NCBI RefSeq assembly: GCF_001194135.2
Contig: NC_068987.1
Location: 18,264,804 to 18,328,753, forward strand
DNA length: 63,950 nt
Source of the DNA: Octopus bimaculoides
Lineage: Eukaryota
Direction: 5' to 3'
Shown here: positions 23,813 to 36,582 of the stretch, piece by piece
Layout: every line of letters starts with the position of its first letter
Numbering within the stretch: position 1 is the stretch's first letter
Notes under the pieces: generated by a model
Seen by the model: the letters and a program-made list of their open reading frames with translations, nothing else
The model's database searches: none
Told to the model about the DNA's origin: nothing
Position numbers and translations under genes: made by a program

Positions 23813-24603
23813 TTTATTCCTTTTTTTCTCGTTTTTCACTCATGCTCTCTATTCAGCAGCCCCAAGCTGCCACCATTGTCCCGACATTTATTTATTCATT
23901 CATTCTCACCACCAACTAATCAACTTGATCAACAAACAGCCATACAAATCACTTTAGTGAACGACCATGCCCCTCCCCCTCCTTCTCGTCCTCATCCTCC
24001 CTCTTACCACTCCAACTGGAACTGGCATTTAAAGCATGTTACAGAACAAGACAACCATCACCTCCTTCACTGCCACCCCCACCACCTCCATGCTAATTAA
24101 TCTCTATAGAAAATAGTTTGACAGTTTCTGATTGTCAATAGTTTTTCCCTATGAGTTTCTAAGGATCTTCCTGGCTCCTTTTGCAATTTTTTTTGTTTTG
24201 TTTCTTTCTTTATTCTCTTTCTNNNNNNNNNNNNNNNNNNNNNNNNNNNNNNNNNNNNNNNNNNNNNNNNNNNNNNNNNNNNNNNNNNNNNNNNNNNNNN
24301 NNNNNNNNNNNNNNNNNNNNNNNNNNNNNNNNNNNNNNNNNNNNNNNNNNNNNNNNNNNNNNNNNNNNNNNNNNNNTCTCACTCGCACTCGTCTCTCTCT
24401 CTCTTGAGTTTTTAAACAAAAACATTGGTTTCCTTAAATTCATTGCCACCACCATCGTTATCATCATCATCATCATCATCATATTTTTATTAGGTTTCCC
24501 ATGGTGGCATGGATTTGAACAGGTCAACAGAGCAGTATTTTAGTCATCTTGTATGTATTATATGCATGCAAAAGAGCACATGTAAATATGAATGTGTGTG
24601 TGT

Positions 24604-24654
<51 letters not shown>

Positions 24655-24656
24655 AA

Positions 24657-25138
24657 CTTACATCATCATCGTTACAGCCACTTTTCCTTGCATGCATGGG
24701 TTGGATAGAATTTATTGAAGCCGATTTCCTGCAACCAAGTGCTTTTTCTGTTGCTAACCCTCACTTGTTTTCAGGCAAAGTAACATTTCCTCAACACTTT
24801 GCCATGTTTACATTAAATATTGGAACCAAAGACCATCACTTCTATGATGGTGATGCTCATTTACATCTACTACTCCGCCAAAACAAGAAGGCACAAGCCA
24901 CACACACACACATGCACACATATGTACATATATGTCTTGCCAATGTAGAACAAAACCAGTCTCCTGACCTCACCTGTGCTGGTGCCATGTAAAAATGCAC
25001 TCAGTAAGGGCATCCAGCCATAAATACTGTGCCAAAACAGACACAAAAGTTTGGCGCAGTCTTCTGCCTGTCCTGCTCCTATCAAACCATCCAACCCACG
25101 CCAGCATGGAAGGTGAATGTTAAACGATGATGATGATA
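24657..25138. mobile_element. Variant-B module (minus, 24657-24905) and variant-A module (plus, 24955-25138) in divergent orientation
   Basis: Each ends in a (GAT)n tail on its own strand, preceded by the CCA(T/C)GC.AGCATGGAA-type motif. Confidence 0.7.
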
Positions 25139-25144
25139 ACAAAC

Positions 25145-25322
25145 ACACATACATATGATGGGTTTCTTTCAGTTTTTATCTGCCATATCCACTCACAAGA
25201 CTTTTGTTGGACCAGGACCATAATTGAAGATATTTTCCCAAAGGTTCCATACAGTGGGACTGAACCCAAAACCACATCATTGTGAAATGACCTTCTTAAC
25301 CACATAGCAATTTCTGCACCTT
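25145..25322 (-). mobile_element. CORE-like SINE, 5' half
   Basis: TTCTTTCAGTTTT...CCACTCACAAG...CAGTGGGACTGAACCC...CTTAACCACATAGC. Confidence 0.75.
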
Positions 25323-25664
25323 GCATGTATATATATTTCTGACTCTGCAGATATTCATATTGCATTGTCATTCAACTCTGATCTAGTTGCAACACAACAC
25401 ACAAATCCTACACGTTGTTGAACGTCTTTCAGTTTAACTGCAAGTCATCAGCTTTCGATTTCAGGAGCCAGGTACCTTTTTTGTTGCTATTTCTAGCAGT
25501 TTGAGTGACCATGTAGAAGTCACCTTGATCGTCTTTAGTTTAGATCCTCACAAAGGATGAACTTTGTAGTTCAGATGCAACACATAGATCTTATGTGTTG
25601 TGGATTGTGTTTTTCAGTTTAGCTGCAAATCATCTGCTTTTGATTTAAGAAGGCAGGTATTCTT

Positions 25665-26078
25665 TTGTTACTCTTTTACTCTTTTACTTGTTTCAGTCAT
25701 TTGACTGCGGCCATGCTGGAGCACCACCTTTTGTCGAGAAAATCGACCCCAGGACTTAGTCTTTGTAGGCCTAGTACTTATTCTATCGATCTCTTTTTGC
25801 CGAACTGCTAAGTTACAGGGACGTAAACACACCAGCATCGGTTGTCAAGCGACGGTGGGAGGACAAACACAGACACACAAACACACAGCCATCAGTCAAA
25901 TCGTCCAACCCATGCTAGCATGGAAAGCGGACGTTAAACGACGACGATGATGATGATGATGAGATATATATATATATATATACATATATACGAAGGGCTT
26001 CTTTCAGTTTCCGTCTACCAAATCCACTCACAAGGCTATAGTAGAAGACACTTGCCCAAGGTGCCACGCAGTGGGACT
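25665..26078 (-). mobile_element. CORE-like SINE interrupted by a ~75-bp RTE-type 3' fragment
   Basis: Tail 25665-25887; plus-strand insert CATCAGTCAAATCGTCCAACCCATGCTAGCATGGAAAGCGGACGTTAAACGACGACGATGATG (25890-25962); head part 25990-26078 runs into a gap. Confidence 0.85.
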
Positions 26079-26169
26079 NNNNNNNNNNNNNNNNNNNNNN
26101 NNNNAAGATAACATTGGTATTGTGTCGGTTAGCTGTGCACCTTTTCTCTTGCAAAGGAAAACGGAAAAC

Positions 26170-26420
26170 TACTGCCCCTCCTTCTCGTCCTCATCATTCT
26201 GCCCCTCCTTTTCCATCCCCTTCTTATCCTTGTCCACCTCCTCCATGCCCACCCCTCTTCTCATCCTCCTCTCTCCTCATCTACCTTCTCTCCTTATCCT
26301 CCTCGTCCACTCTCTCATGTCGTACCCTCTCCTCGTCCTATGCCCTCCTCTTCCTTCCCCTTCTTGTCCTCACCCTCCTTATCTTTCCCCCTTTCTCATC
26401 CTTCCCCATCCTCCTCTTCC
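26170..26420. repeat. C/T-rich low-complexity tract
   Basis: Imperfect CCT/CTT/CCCT repeats over about 250 bp. Confidence 0.85.
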
Positions 26421-26535
26421 TTGCCAGAAGAAAACTTTTGTTTTATTTGTTTGGTTTGTTTTTTTTTTGTCAATTATCTGTTGGTCTTGAATTTAAGTTT
26501 CAATCCTTTTCATGTGAAAAATAGTGGTGGTGGTG

Positions 26536-26620
26536 ATTATTATCATTATTATTATTATCATTATTATTATTATCATTATTATTATTATCATTATTATTAT
26601 TATCATTATCATTATTATTA

Positions 26621-26656
<36 letters not shown>
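26536..26656. repeat. (ATT)n microsatellite with periodic ATC variants
   Basis: Seen directly; several ATTATTATTATTATC 15-mers. Confidence 0.95.
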
Positions 26657-26657
<1 letters not shown>

Positions 26658-27049
26658 AGCATATAAGGTTTTAACTTTTTTTAACTACCACCACCAAAAA
26701 ATAACAATAAAATCAATGTGCTTTGGATTTCTAGTTTGTTTTTTGTTCTTTGTTTTTTTGTTTTTTTTTTCTTTTTTTTTTTCATTTACTTCCAAACAGC
26801 AGCATGGAGGTGATATGAGGGTGTTTTTTTGTCCATAATTCTTCACTTCCTTTCGTTTGCTTTCTTTCTCTCCCTCTTGTTCTCTTTCGGTTTTGTTTCT
26901 TCTCATTTCCTTCATTAAACTATATTCCATTTCCAATATTTAACATTTAGCATTTTCCCCACTAACCCCTTTTGTCTTGCTCACCCTCACGTCTGACCCC
27001 CTACCCTTATCCTCCCACTTCTCCTCGCTTTCTTATTCTGCTTTTCTTC

Positions 27050-27057
27050 CTTTCCTT

Positions 27058-27090
<33 letters not shown>

Positions 27091-27561
27091 ATACACACAC
27101 ATTCCACTTATGTCTTTGCTATACATACACTTTGTCTTTCTCTTCATATACACACTTCATCTCTCATTCCCTGTGCTATATACACACACTGTACTATATG
27201 CACTCCCTCTCTCTCTCTCTTTCTTTTTCTTTCCCACACAGTCCATGTCTCTCTCTCTCTACATCATATACAGTCTCTCTCTCTCTCTCTCTCTCTACAT
27301 CACATACATTCTCTCTCTCTCACTTTCTACTACACGCACACACTCTCTCTCTTCCACATACAGTCCAACTCTCTCTCTCTCCCCACAGCACACACTCTCT
27401 CTTTCCCTCTCTCTCTATAGCACATACCTGATGTCTCTCCATACGCACACAATGTCTCTCTTTCCTTCATATACACTCCACCCAGCTGCCACCCTCACCT
27501 TCCACACACACACACACAACCATATATAATCTTTTCCTCCTCTTTATATATACATAAATAT

Positions 27562-27609
<48 letters not shown>

Positions 27610-27684
27610 ACCTTCCACGCTGCAATTGTTTTCATTCCAGCACACGATCTCAGATCAGGTCACTTGCTATGCAAGTGCATCTCC

Positions 27685-27740
<56 letters not shown>
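27050..27740. repeat. Compound (CT)n/(CA)n/(TA)n low-complexity region
   Basis: Seen directly. Confidence 0.9.
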
Positions 27741-27741
<1 letters not shown>

Positions 27742-27994
27742 CTAAACTATCTATCATTAAGTAACCAAGCTGAAGAAAACCATCTTCACTTCTCATAGAA
27801 TTCAGTCCAATGTCTTGGAGATAACTCCTGTTTATTCTATCAATCACTGTTTCACACTATTCTCCATTATCTGCAGAAGCAAGAGACTCATTAATCTGAT
27901 TATCTAGTTCCTCATCAGTCATTATAAGGAACTGAATTTTCTTTCTTTCTTTCTTTCGTTTGTTTCTTCTTTTATTATTTTTTTTCAGTGATGG

Positions 27995-28835
<841 letters not shown>

Positions 28836-29224
28836 ATAGGCATACATACTGAAATATTTTCCCTTCAATTGTTTGCTTTTGGGTGAGTTTTTTGTTTTGT
28901 TTCTTGTCAATGTTTGTATTACATCTAGATAAAATTCTGTTGAATTTGCCATTACATTGTGGCCCTAGGTCTCAATAAATTATTAATACTTAACAATTGA
29001 GTGGGGTTTTTTTTTTATTTTTCAAAAAACAAAAACTCATTTGCATGAAAAGTTCATAGGCAAATATCCAAAATTAAACAAATTCTATGCAAGCAGTTTG
29101 AAAACTTAAAAACAGAGATAACTAAAAAAAAAAAACAGCTGGAATTTAACATTTTCCACATTGGACCGTGTTGGTTCTATGATGCAAAACTTCTTGCTTT
29201 AAAATTTTCATATCACAAAAGTGC

Positions 29225-29420
29225 CGGCCAATGTGGTTACAGTGTTTCACTCATTATCCTGAAGTCATGGGTTCAATTCTTGTTCCAGACAGTGCATTGT
29301 GTCCTTGAGCAAGGCACTTCATTCCATGTTGGTCCAGATTACTCAGCTTATTGGTTTTTCTTCCAGCTCTTTATGTTCTGTGGGCAAATTCCATCAAATA
29401 AAGTAACAGTCAAGAACTGG
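29225..29420 (+). mobile_element. Diverged tRNA-derived SINE of the 16413-type group
   Basis: TGTGGTTAC...GGGTTCAATTC...TTGTGTCCTTGAGCAAGGCACTTCATTCCATGTTG. Confidence 0.55.
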
Positions 29421-29483
29421 TGTCTAGTGTATCAATTAACTCGTTTTCTCAATTACTGGCCTTGTTCCAAAATTCAAAACCAT

Positions 29484-29720
29484 CATCACTGTTTAACGTC
29501 TGCTTTCCATGCTAGCATGGGTTGAATGATTTGACTGAGGACTGGTGAACCAGAAGGCCACACCAGGCTCCAATCTGATTTGGCAGAGTTTCTACAGCTG
29601 GATGCCCTTCCTAACACCAACCACTCCGAGAGTGTAGTGGGTGCTTTTACGTGCCACCGGCACGAAGGCCAGTCAGGAGGTACTGGCAATGGCCACGCTC
29701 AAAATGGTGTATTTTACATG
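29484..29720 (-). mobile_element. RTE-type 3' module, variant A
   Basis: CATCATCACTGTTTAACGTCTGCTTTCCATGCTAGCATGG...CAGCTGGATGCCCTTCCTAAC; closely matches 50843-51003. Confidence 0.85.
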
Positions 29721-30619
29721 CCATCATTATTATTATTATTATTATCACTAAGTCAGCAAGCTAGCAGAATCATTACTGCACTGGACAAACCTCTCTCTCT
29801 CTCTCTCTCTACCACACATGCACCCTTTCTTTCCTACTCACACAACTTCCCTCTCTAACACACACCTGATACCTCTCCCTATTAGCCAAAGTGCTGGTGC
29901 AGCCCTCCTTCTCCTTCCAGCTGCTACATCCTGGATGTCCAACTAGGTCCAGGATGAGGGTACTAAAAGGGGCTCACACCTGCATAGGCACCTAAAACAT
30001 TAGCAAAAGCATGGTACATGTTACCAATCCATATTTGCTTGCAAGTGACTTCTGTCTTATGTTTTTGATTTAAAGTAAAAACCTTTCATTATACTTCGTT
30101 AATTTATAAAAGAAGATTTATTTTCTAATTAAATACTCTGTGTGTGCTTATTATAAATCAACATTGATTTATAATGAATATGGTATTTAACCCCTTCCAA
30201 ATTCTTGATTAGTTTTAAAATTACTTAAGACACAGAGTATTTAACAAGAAAAACGATCATGCAATGCTTAAGCATTATCATGCCTATTCAAGACCTAAAC
30301 AATAAACTGGCCCACTGAGTTGACATAAATCACACATTTATCTCTTGCTAGGTGACAGCATGACTAATTGCTCTACAGAGCACCTGCCACTCTCTCTTTT
30401 CAAATAGATGCTATAAATATTTCCTCTATTTTAACTGCACTATTTTATCAACACAAAATAATTTATCTGCCACCTCCTAGCAGGAAAGGCTGTTCAACTA
30501 ACATCTGACATTGCTAGGTGTCCCACCTCAGTTCAATGTTTATGTTGAAAAACAAAAAAGAAACCATGAATTAAATCAGAATGGAAATTATATTAAATGT
30601 AATACCTTTTTTTTTTTTT

Positions 30620-31209
30620 TATCTTTTACTTGTTTCCTGTCATTAGACTGGTTATATTGGGATACTGCCTTGAAGGATTTGGTCAAACAAATCACCACCA
30701 CCCACCCCCAGTTCTTATTTTTCTAAGTCTGTTACTTATTCTATCAGTTTCTTTTGCCAAACCACTAAGCAAATCAACACCAGTTGTCAAGCAGTGATAG
30801 TGGGTTCAAATACAAAGACACACATACTCTTTTTTTTTTTTTTTTTACTCTTTTACTGGTTTCAGTCATTTGACTGCGGCCATGCTGGAGCACCGCCTTC
30901 AGTCGAGCAAATCGAACCCAGGACTTATTCTTTGAAAGCCTAGTACTTATTCTATCGGTCTCTTTAGCCGAACCTCCAAGTTACGGGGACGTAAACACAC
31001 CAGCATCAGTTGTCAAGCAATGCTGGGGAGGACAAACAGACACACAAACACACACATACACATATATGTATATATACGATGGGCTTCTTCCAGTTTCCGT
31101 CTACCAAATCCACTCACAGGGCTTTGGTCGGCCCGAGGCTATAATAGAAGACACTTGCCCAAGGTGCCACACATCGGTTGTCAAGCGATGTTGGGGGGAA
31201 CAAACATAT

Positions 31210-31245
<36 letters not shown>

Positions 31246-31585
31246 ACGACAGGCTTCTTTCAGTTTCTGTCTACCAAATCCACTCACAAGGCTTTGGTCG
31301 GCCCGATGCTATAGTAGAAGACACACTTGCTCAAGGTGCCACGCAGAACCATGTGGTTGATAAGCAAGCTACTTACCACACAGCCACTGCTGCGCCTATA
31401 CATATATATGGATGAGAGAGTGTGTGTGTGTACACATTGAACTAATACTTTTTTCCCATCTACCAAATTCACTCACAAGACCTTGTAGTAGAGGACACTT
31501 ACCTGAGATGCTGTGCAGTGAAACTGAACCTGAAACCACATGGCTGCAAAACAAGCTTCTTAACCACACAGCCATGCCTGTGCCT
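30620..31585 (-). mobile_element. Cluster of co-oriented CORE-like SINE pieces including an internally duplicated copy
   Basis: Old tail 30620-30820; young copy 30846-31397 with 31003-31170 repeated at 31171-31345; another head 31450-31585. Confidence 0.85.
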
Positions 31586-32119
31586 ACGCCTAAATAAACA
31601 CTAGTCTTAGACAGAGAAGACTGACACTCTCTAATTGGTGTTTATAAATGTCTAGTTTCATTAAAATCTTTAGCGGTTAAATTCATAGAGAATTCAGTAT
31701 GTCGAGAAAATGATGGAGTTGTTTGTTGGAAACCATAATTTGATGTTTACAATGAAGACAAATGTACATAGGAGATGGACATCGATAAAGGAATGTGCCA
31801 AAGGCAGAAGTGAAGTATGGCACAGTGGGAGAGATAGCACAAAGAAAACTTTCGGACAAGATAGTTAATCCAGCCTGAAGTCAGATTCGCTGGTCAGACA
31901 GTGTTTGTATTCAAAGGTTAATTGGAAAGTGTGTGTGCAGATGTGTAGAACTATCCTGTGTAACCTAAAATGAGGGAAAATACCAAATGAAAGACGGTAA
32001 AAACACTGCACTACTGATGGTGATTGATGAAAGGCTTGTTGGTGGTCAGTGGTTTGTGTATCTGGCTCACAATCATAATGTTGTGGTTCAGTTCTGGACT
32101 TGGTGATGCATTGTGTCCT

Positions 32120-33050
32120 TGTGGCTTTTCTTCTGGCTTTTTACATTCTGAATTCAAATGCTGCCAAGATCAACTTCGCTTTTCGTCCTTCAAGGATTGA
32201 TAAAAAATAAAGTACCAATCAGGTACTGGGGTTGATTTAATCTACTAATTCCCACCCCCTAAAATTATTGTCTTAGTGCCAAAATTTGAAGAAATATTGC
32301 TGTTGTTGTTGTTCTTTACTGCTGTTTCCTTTGAGTTCTTTGTTTTTGTTTTGGCTAATAAAGAAATTATTATTATTATTCTTTTCCACTCTAGGCACAA
32401 GGGTTGAAATTTTGGGGGAGTGGGGCAGTCGATTAGATCGACCACAGTATGTAACTGGTACTTAATTTATCGACCCCAAAAGAATGAAAGACAAAGTCGA
32501 CCTCAGCGGAATTTGAACTCACAACGTAAAGACAGACAAAATACTGCTAAGCTCGCCTCCTTAAAGAAATTATTATTATAATTATTATTGTTATTATTAA
32601 GGTGGTGAACTGGCAGAATCATTAGCACACTGGACAAAATGCTTTGCAGTATTTCACCCATTGCTACGTTCTGAGTTCAAATTCCACCGAGGTTGACTTT
32701 GCCTTTCATCCTTTCGGGGTCAATGAAATAAGTACCAGTTAAGTGTCGGGGTCAATGTAATGAACTAGTTCCCTTCCCAAAACATTTTCAAGGCCTTGTG
32801 CCTAGAGTAGAAATAATTATTATCATGATTATTAAGGCAGCAAGCCATCAAAATTCTTAGCCCATCAGGCAAAATGCTTAGCAGCATTTCTTTTGTCTCT
32901 TTACATCCTGGGTTCAAAAACCAGCAAGGCCTTTTATCTTTTCAAGGTTGTTAAAATAAAGTATCAGTCAAGTACTGGGGTCAATGTATACTGGCTAGCC
33001 CCGCCCCCCTGCCACTCCTCCAAAATTTCAGGCCTTACTATTAGAATGAC
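32120..33050. mobile_element. Cluster of four Meta-domain-like SINEs (+, -, +, +)
   Basis: About 32120-32300 (+), 32370-32560 (-), 32598-32835 (+) and 32835-33050 (+), separated mainly by (ATT)/(GTT)n. Confidence 0.8.
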
Positions 33051-33051
33051 G

Positions 33052-33936
33052 TTAGCATATCAGACATGTATTTATGGTTATTATATAGATCCACACCCGG
33101 TGGAAAAATTGGAAAAAAAATAGCTGTGACCGGACGTTGAGATTTAGTGCTCGGGAAATATATTCATCGCCAAAAGGTTCCTGATCGCTCCCGTAATTTG
33201 TTATTCTGGGTAACTGTCTAATACCCATAATAATATTTATGGCAAAAAATGCGCGTATTTCATCTACAGTTGCAGGAAGCCGCAAGCTANNNNNNNNNNN
33301 NNNNNNNNNNNNNNNNNNNNNNNNNNNNNNNNNNNNNNNNNNNNNNNNNNNNNNNNNNNNNNNNNNNNNNNNNNNNNNNNNNNNNNNNNNNNNNNNNNNN
33401 NNNNNNNNNNNNNNNNNNNNNNNNNNNNNNNNNNNNNNNNNNNNNNNNNNNNNNNNNNNNNNNNNNNNNNNNNNNNNNNNNNNNNNNNNNNNNNNNNNNN
33501 NNNNNNNNNNNNNNNNNNNNNNNNNNNNNNNNNNNNNNNNNNNNNNNNNNNNNNNNNNNNNNNNNNNNNNNNNNNNNNNNNNNNNNNNNNNNNNNNNNNN
33601 NNNNNNNNNNNTTGGAAAACCTTCAAATTCGGAATCACTGCTTGATAGCATGAAACTCCTCTCCATCTTCAAAGTTGAAAAAAATTAACACCGCAAAAAA
33701 TGTGGAAAAAAATCTTACAAAATTCACTGAGTTCAAATATCACGCCAAACAATGTCGGATACAATAACTCAACTGTTTGCAAAATGAAATCAGGTGTCTT
33801 AACGAATGTACTAACGAGATTTGGGTTCAAATTTACATTTAAATAACAATGGGTACTCTCGGCCGGCTACGGCCGGGTTTGTCTTATGAACCAAAAAATT
33901 TTTCGGGCAGCTACGACCGGGTTAGTAACGAAAGAG
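33052..33936 (-). pseudogene. piggyBac transposon relic (terminus plus 5' part of transposase, gap inside)
   Basis: TTAA at 33937-33940, then CTCTTTCGTTACTAACCCGG on minus. ORF 33052-33672 has SSSDSEFEGF and PATVDEIRAFFAINIIMGIRQLPRITNYGSDQEPF, typical of the PGBD/DDE_Tnp_1_7 N-terminal region (W of YWS lost). Confidence 0.8.
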
Positions 33937-33975
33937 TTAATGAAGTTACATATTATAGGCTTTTATTGTGTTTTG

Positions 33976-34423
33976 GGTAATCTTCCAGTTTCGGGAGGTA
34001 AAAAAAGTAAATAAGAATACAAGGGAAATAACTTAACGTCTTACTAGTATTATCCGTACTCTCCTCACCCCCACCCGTTCGCGAGCGCGCATTCTTCATA
34101 TTCGTTCACAGCAAGTTGTTTTACACCTATTACACTAATTTATTTTTTTATTTTTGAGTTCGGGTCAAACGCTTTAGTTTGACTGTTATTTCCCTATACT
34201 GGAAGATTACCATAAGTTGTTGTGCAGCTAGTACTATGATATTCAATCTCATGTGTGATTTATATATAAACAGTTGACTTCAATCACGTGTGTGATTTTA
34301 TTTATAAACAGCTAAAAAAAAAGAAAAACATTTCAGAGTAGTATGGATAATACTAGTAAGACGTTAAGTTATTTCCCTTGTATTTTATTTACTTTTTTTA
34401 CCTCCCGAAACTGGAAGATTACC
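33976..34423. mobile_element. Young non-autonomous Mutator-like (MULE) element, 448 bp
   Basis: ~85-bp near-perfect TIRs starting GGTAATCTTCCAGTTTCGGGAGG; 9-bp TSD TGTGTTTTG at 33967-33975 and 34424-34432. Confidence 0.85.
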
Positions 34424-34439
34424 TGTGTTTTGTTATGTG

Positions 34440-34518
34440 TGTGGTTCCCCCCAGTGTGTGGGAAAATTGTTTTGCTTTAAACTGGTCCATGATCCATAAA
34501 AGGTTAGGGACTGCTGAC
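34440..34518. mobile_element. Possible hAT-type right-end fragment
   Basis: ...GGTCCATGATCCATAAAAGGTTAGGGACTGCTG resembles Charlie-type termini; no matching left end seen. Confidence 0.35.
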
Positions 34519-35389
34519 ATAGAGACTAGTTAGGAAGGAAGATGTAAGACGCAGAAAGAGATGATGTAAGAGTGGAAGATAGGAAAATATAGGTTGACAG
34601 AAAAGATAGCAAGAGTAAATGAGAAGGGGTTGTGTGTAAAAGAGCAGATTACTAGTAGAAAAGAAGATTGAGAGAAAATAAAAAGGAGCCATGCTAGTCA
34701 ATGAGTAGGGAACATGAAAGGGAAGAAGAGACAAACAAAAAAAAATACAGGTTCAGAGAAATAAAAGAATGGAGCTGAGTTATTTATTATGAATGCAATA
34801 GTCCTGGTATCCCTTGTTCTGGTAATGAATTTATCCCTCCAGAAAGAATTTCTTATAATCAATAATGGTTGTGATGATAATGATGACATGGATAAAACAA
34901 ACATACCAGTAGTACAAAAATAACTATTCTTTCTTTTTATGAGAAACTTAAGAGATCATACATAGTGACTCTGATCATCTGATTAAACAATAATGGTTTG
35001 TTTTGTTTTGTTTTGTTTTTTGTTGTACATAATAAACTTGTATACCATAACCAGTGCTGTAGAAACAGCACTGGAAGTCATTGATAATGCTTTTGTAATT
35101 GTGTGAAATAAAATGGGATTCTTATACCTCCTCCTATTATATCTCCTATTACACCATCACCACTAACTGCAGGGAAAAACAAAAACTAAACAATTTCATG
35201 TTCATATATGTTTATCCTAGTTTTGAGTTTATCATGGGGGAGGGAGCTATTTCTTTTTATATTATTTTTTTTTTTTTTTGTACTTTCAAGCTTAGAATGC
35301 TGCCAACAATATGAGTATACTTGTAGAGAGACATTTTTAATCATTGCCAGTAATAGTAATAATGATGATAATAATAATAACAATAATGA

Positions 35390-36548
35390 TAATAATAATA
35401 ATCCTTTCTACTAAATGCACAAGGCCTGAAATTTAGGGAAGGGGGATAGTCGATTACATCGACCCTAATAGNNNNNNNNNNNNNNNNNNNNNNNNNNNNN
35501 NNNNNNNNNNNNNNNNNNNNNNNNNNNNNNNNNNNNNNNNNNNNNNNNNNNNNNNNNNNNNNNNNNNNNNNNNNNNNNNNNNNNNNNNNNNNNNNNNNNN
35601 NNNNNNNNNNNNNNNNNNNNNNNNNNNNNNNNNNNNNNNNNNNNNNNNNNNNNNNNNNNNNNNNNNNNNNNNNNNNNNNNNNNNNNNNNNNNNNNNNNGG
35701 GGGGGGGGGTGAGTAAGTCAATTACATCAACCCCAGTGTTCAACTGGTACTTTATTTATCAACCCTGAAAGAATGAAAGGCAAAGTCAACCTCAGCAGAA
35801 TTTGAACTCAGAATGTAAAAATGAACAAAATACCACTAAATGTTTTGCCTATCTGTCTACCTTATATAATCTACTATAATAATACTCTTGTGTTTTTTCT
35901 CCATTACAACATATGAGTGAGGAAGGAAGGGGTGATAGATGAATAAGGAAGGAAGGGGTGATGGCAAACAGGTAGTGGGATGATGGAAATTCTAGTGGAA
36001 AAAATTAAGCAAACAGCATTTCAACTATGTGTGTGTATGTAAAAGAGAGGTATGTGAATGTTTGTGTGTGTGCAAAATGGAAGTGGAATGGTGAACAGTC
36101 AACGCTGAAAAGAAAAATCAAACAGCATTTCAACTCTGTGTGAGTATATGTGTGTATGTCTGTGCATGTACAAGGGAAGTGTGTGAATGTTTGTATGTGT
36201 GAACAGCGATCTTTCAGTAACAAACAATGATCGATGTTGCATCCTCAAAATACGACCACTAGATAACATTGACAAGTGTATTAATTTGAATTACCATCCA
36301 TGTTTTATATTTTGTCCTTATTTATTTATATAATACTACAATTAGCCGTCATTTTTGGCAGCACGGTGCCAGCTAGTTATGATAATAATCATTTCTATTT
36401 GGCACAAGGCCTGAAATTTTGTGGGGAGAGAGTTAGTTGATTGTATCAATCCCAGTGTTCAACTGGTACTTGTTTTAAAGACCCTGAAAAAATGAAAAAC
36501 AAAGCCAACTACAAATACTATAAATTTTTGACAGCACGGAGCCAGCTA

Positions 36549-36582
<34 letters not shown>

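Noticed and set aside
31880-31990. Strong minus-strand acceptor ttttccctcattttag|G
   Set aside because: All three frames stop within about 100 nt and no good donor was found; a non-coding exon cannot be excluded.
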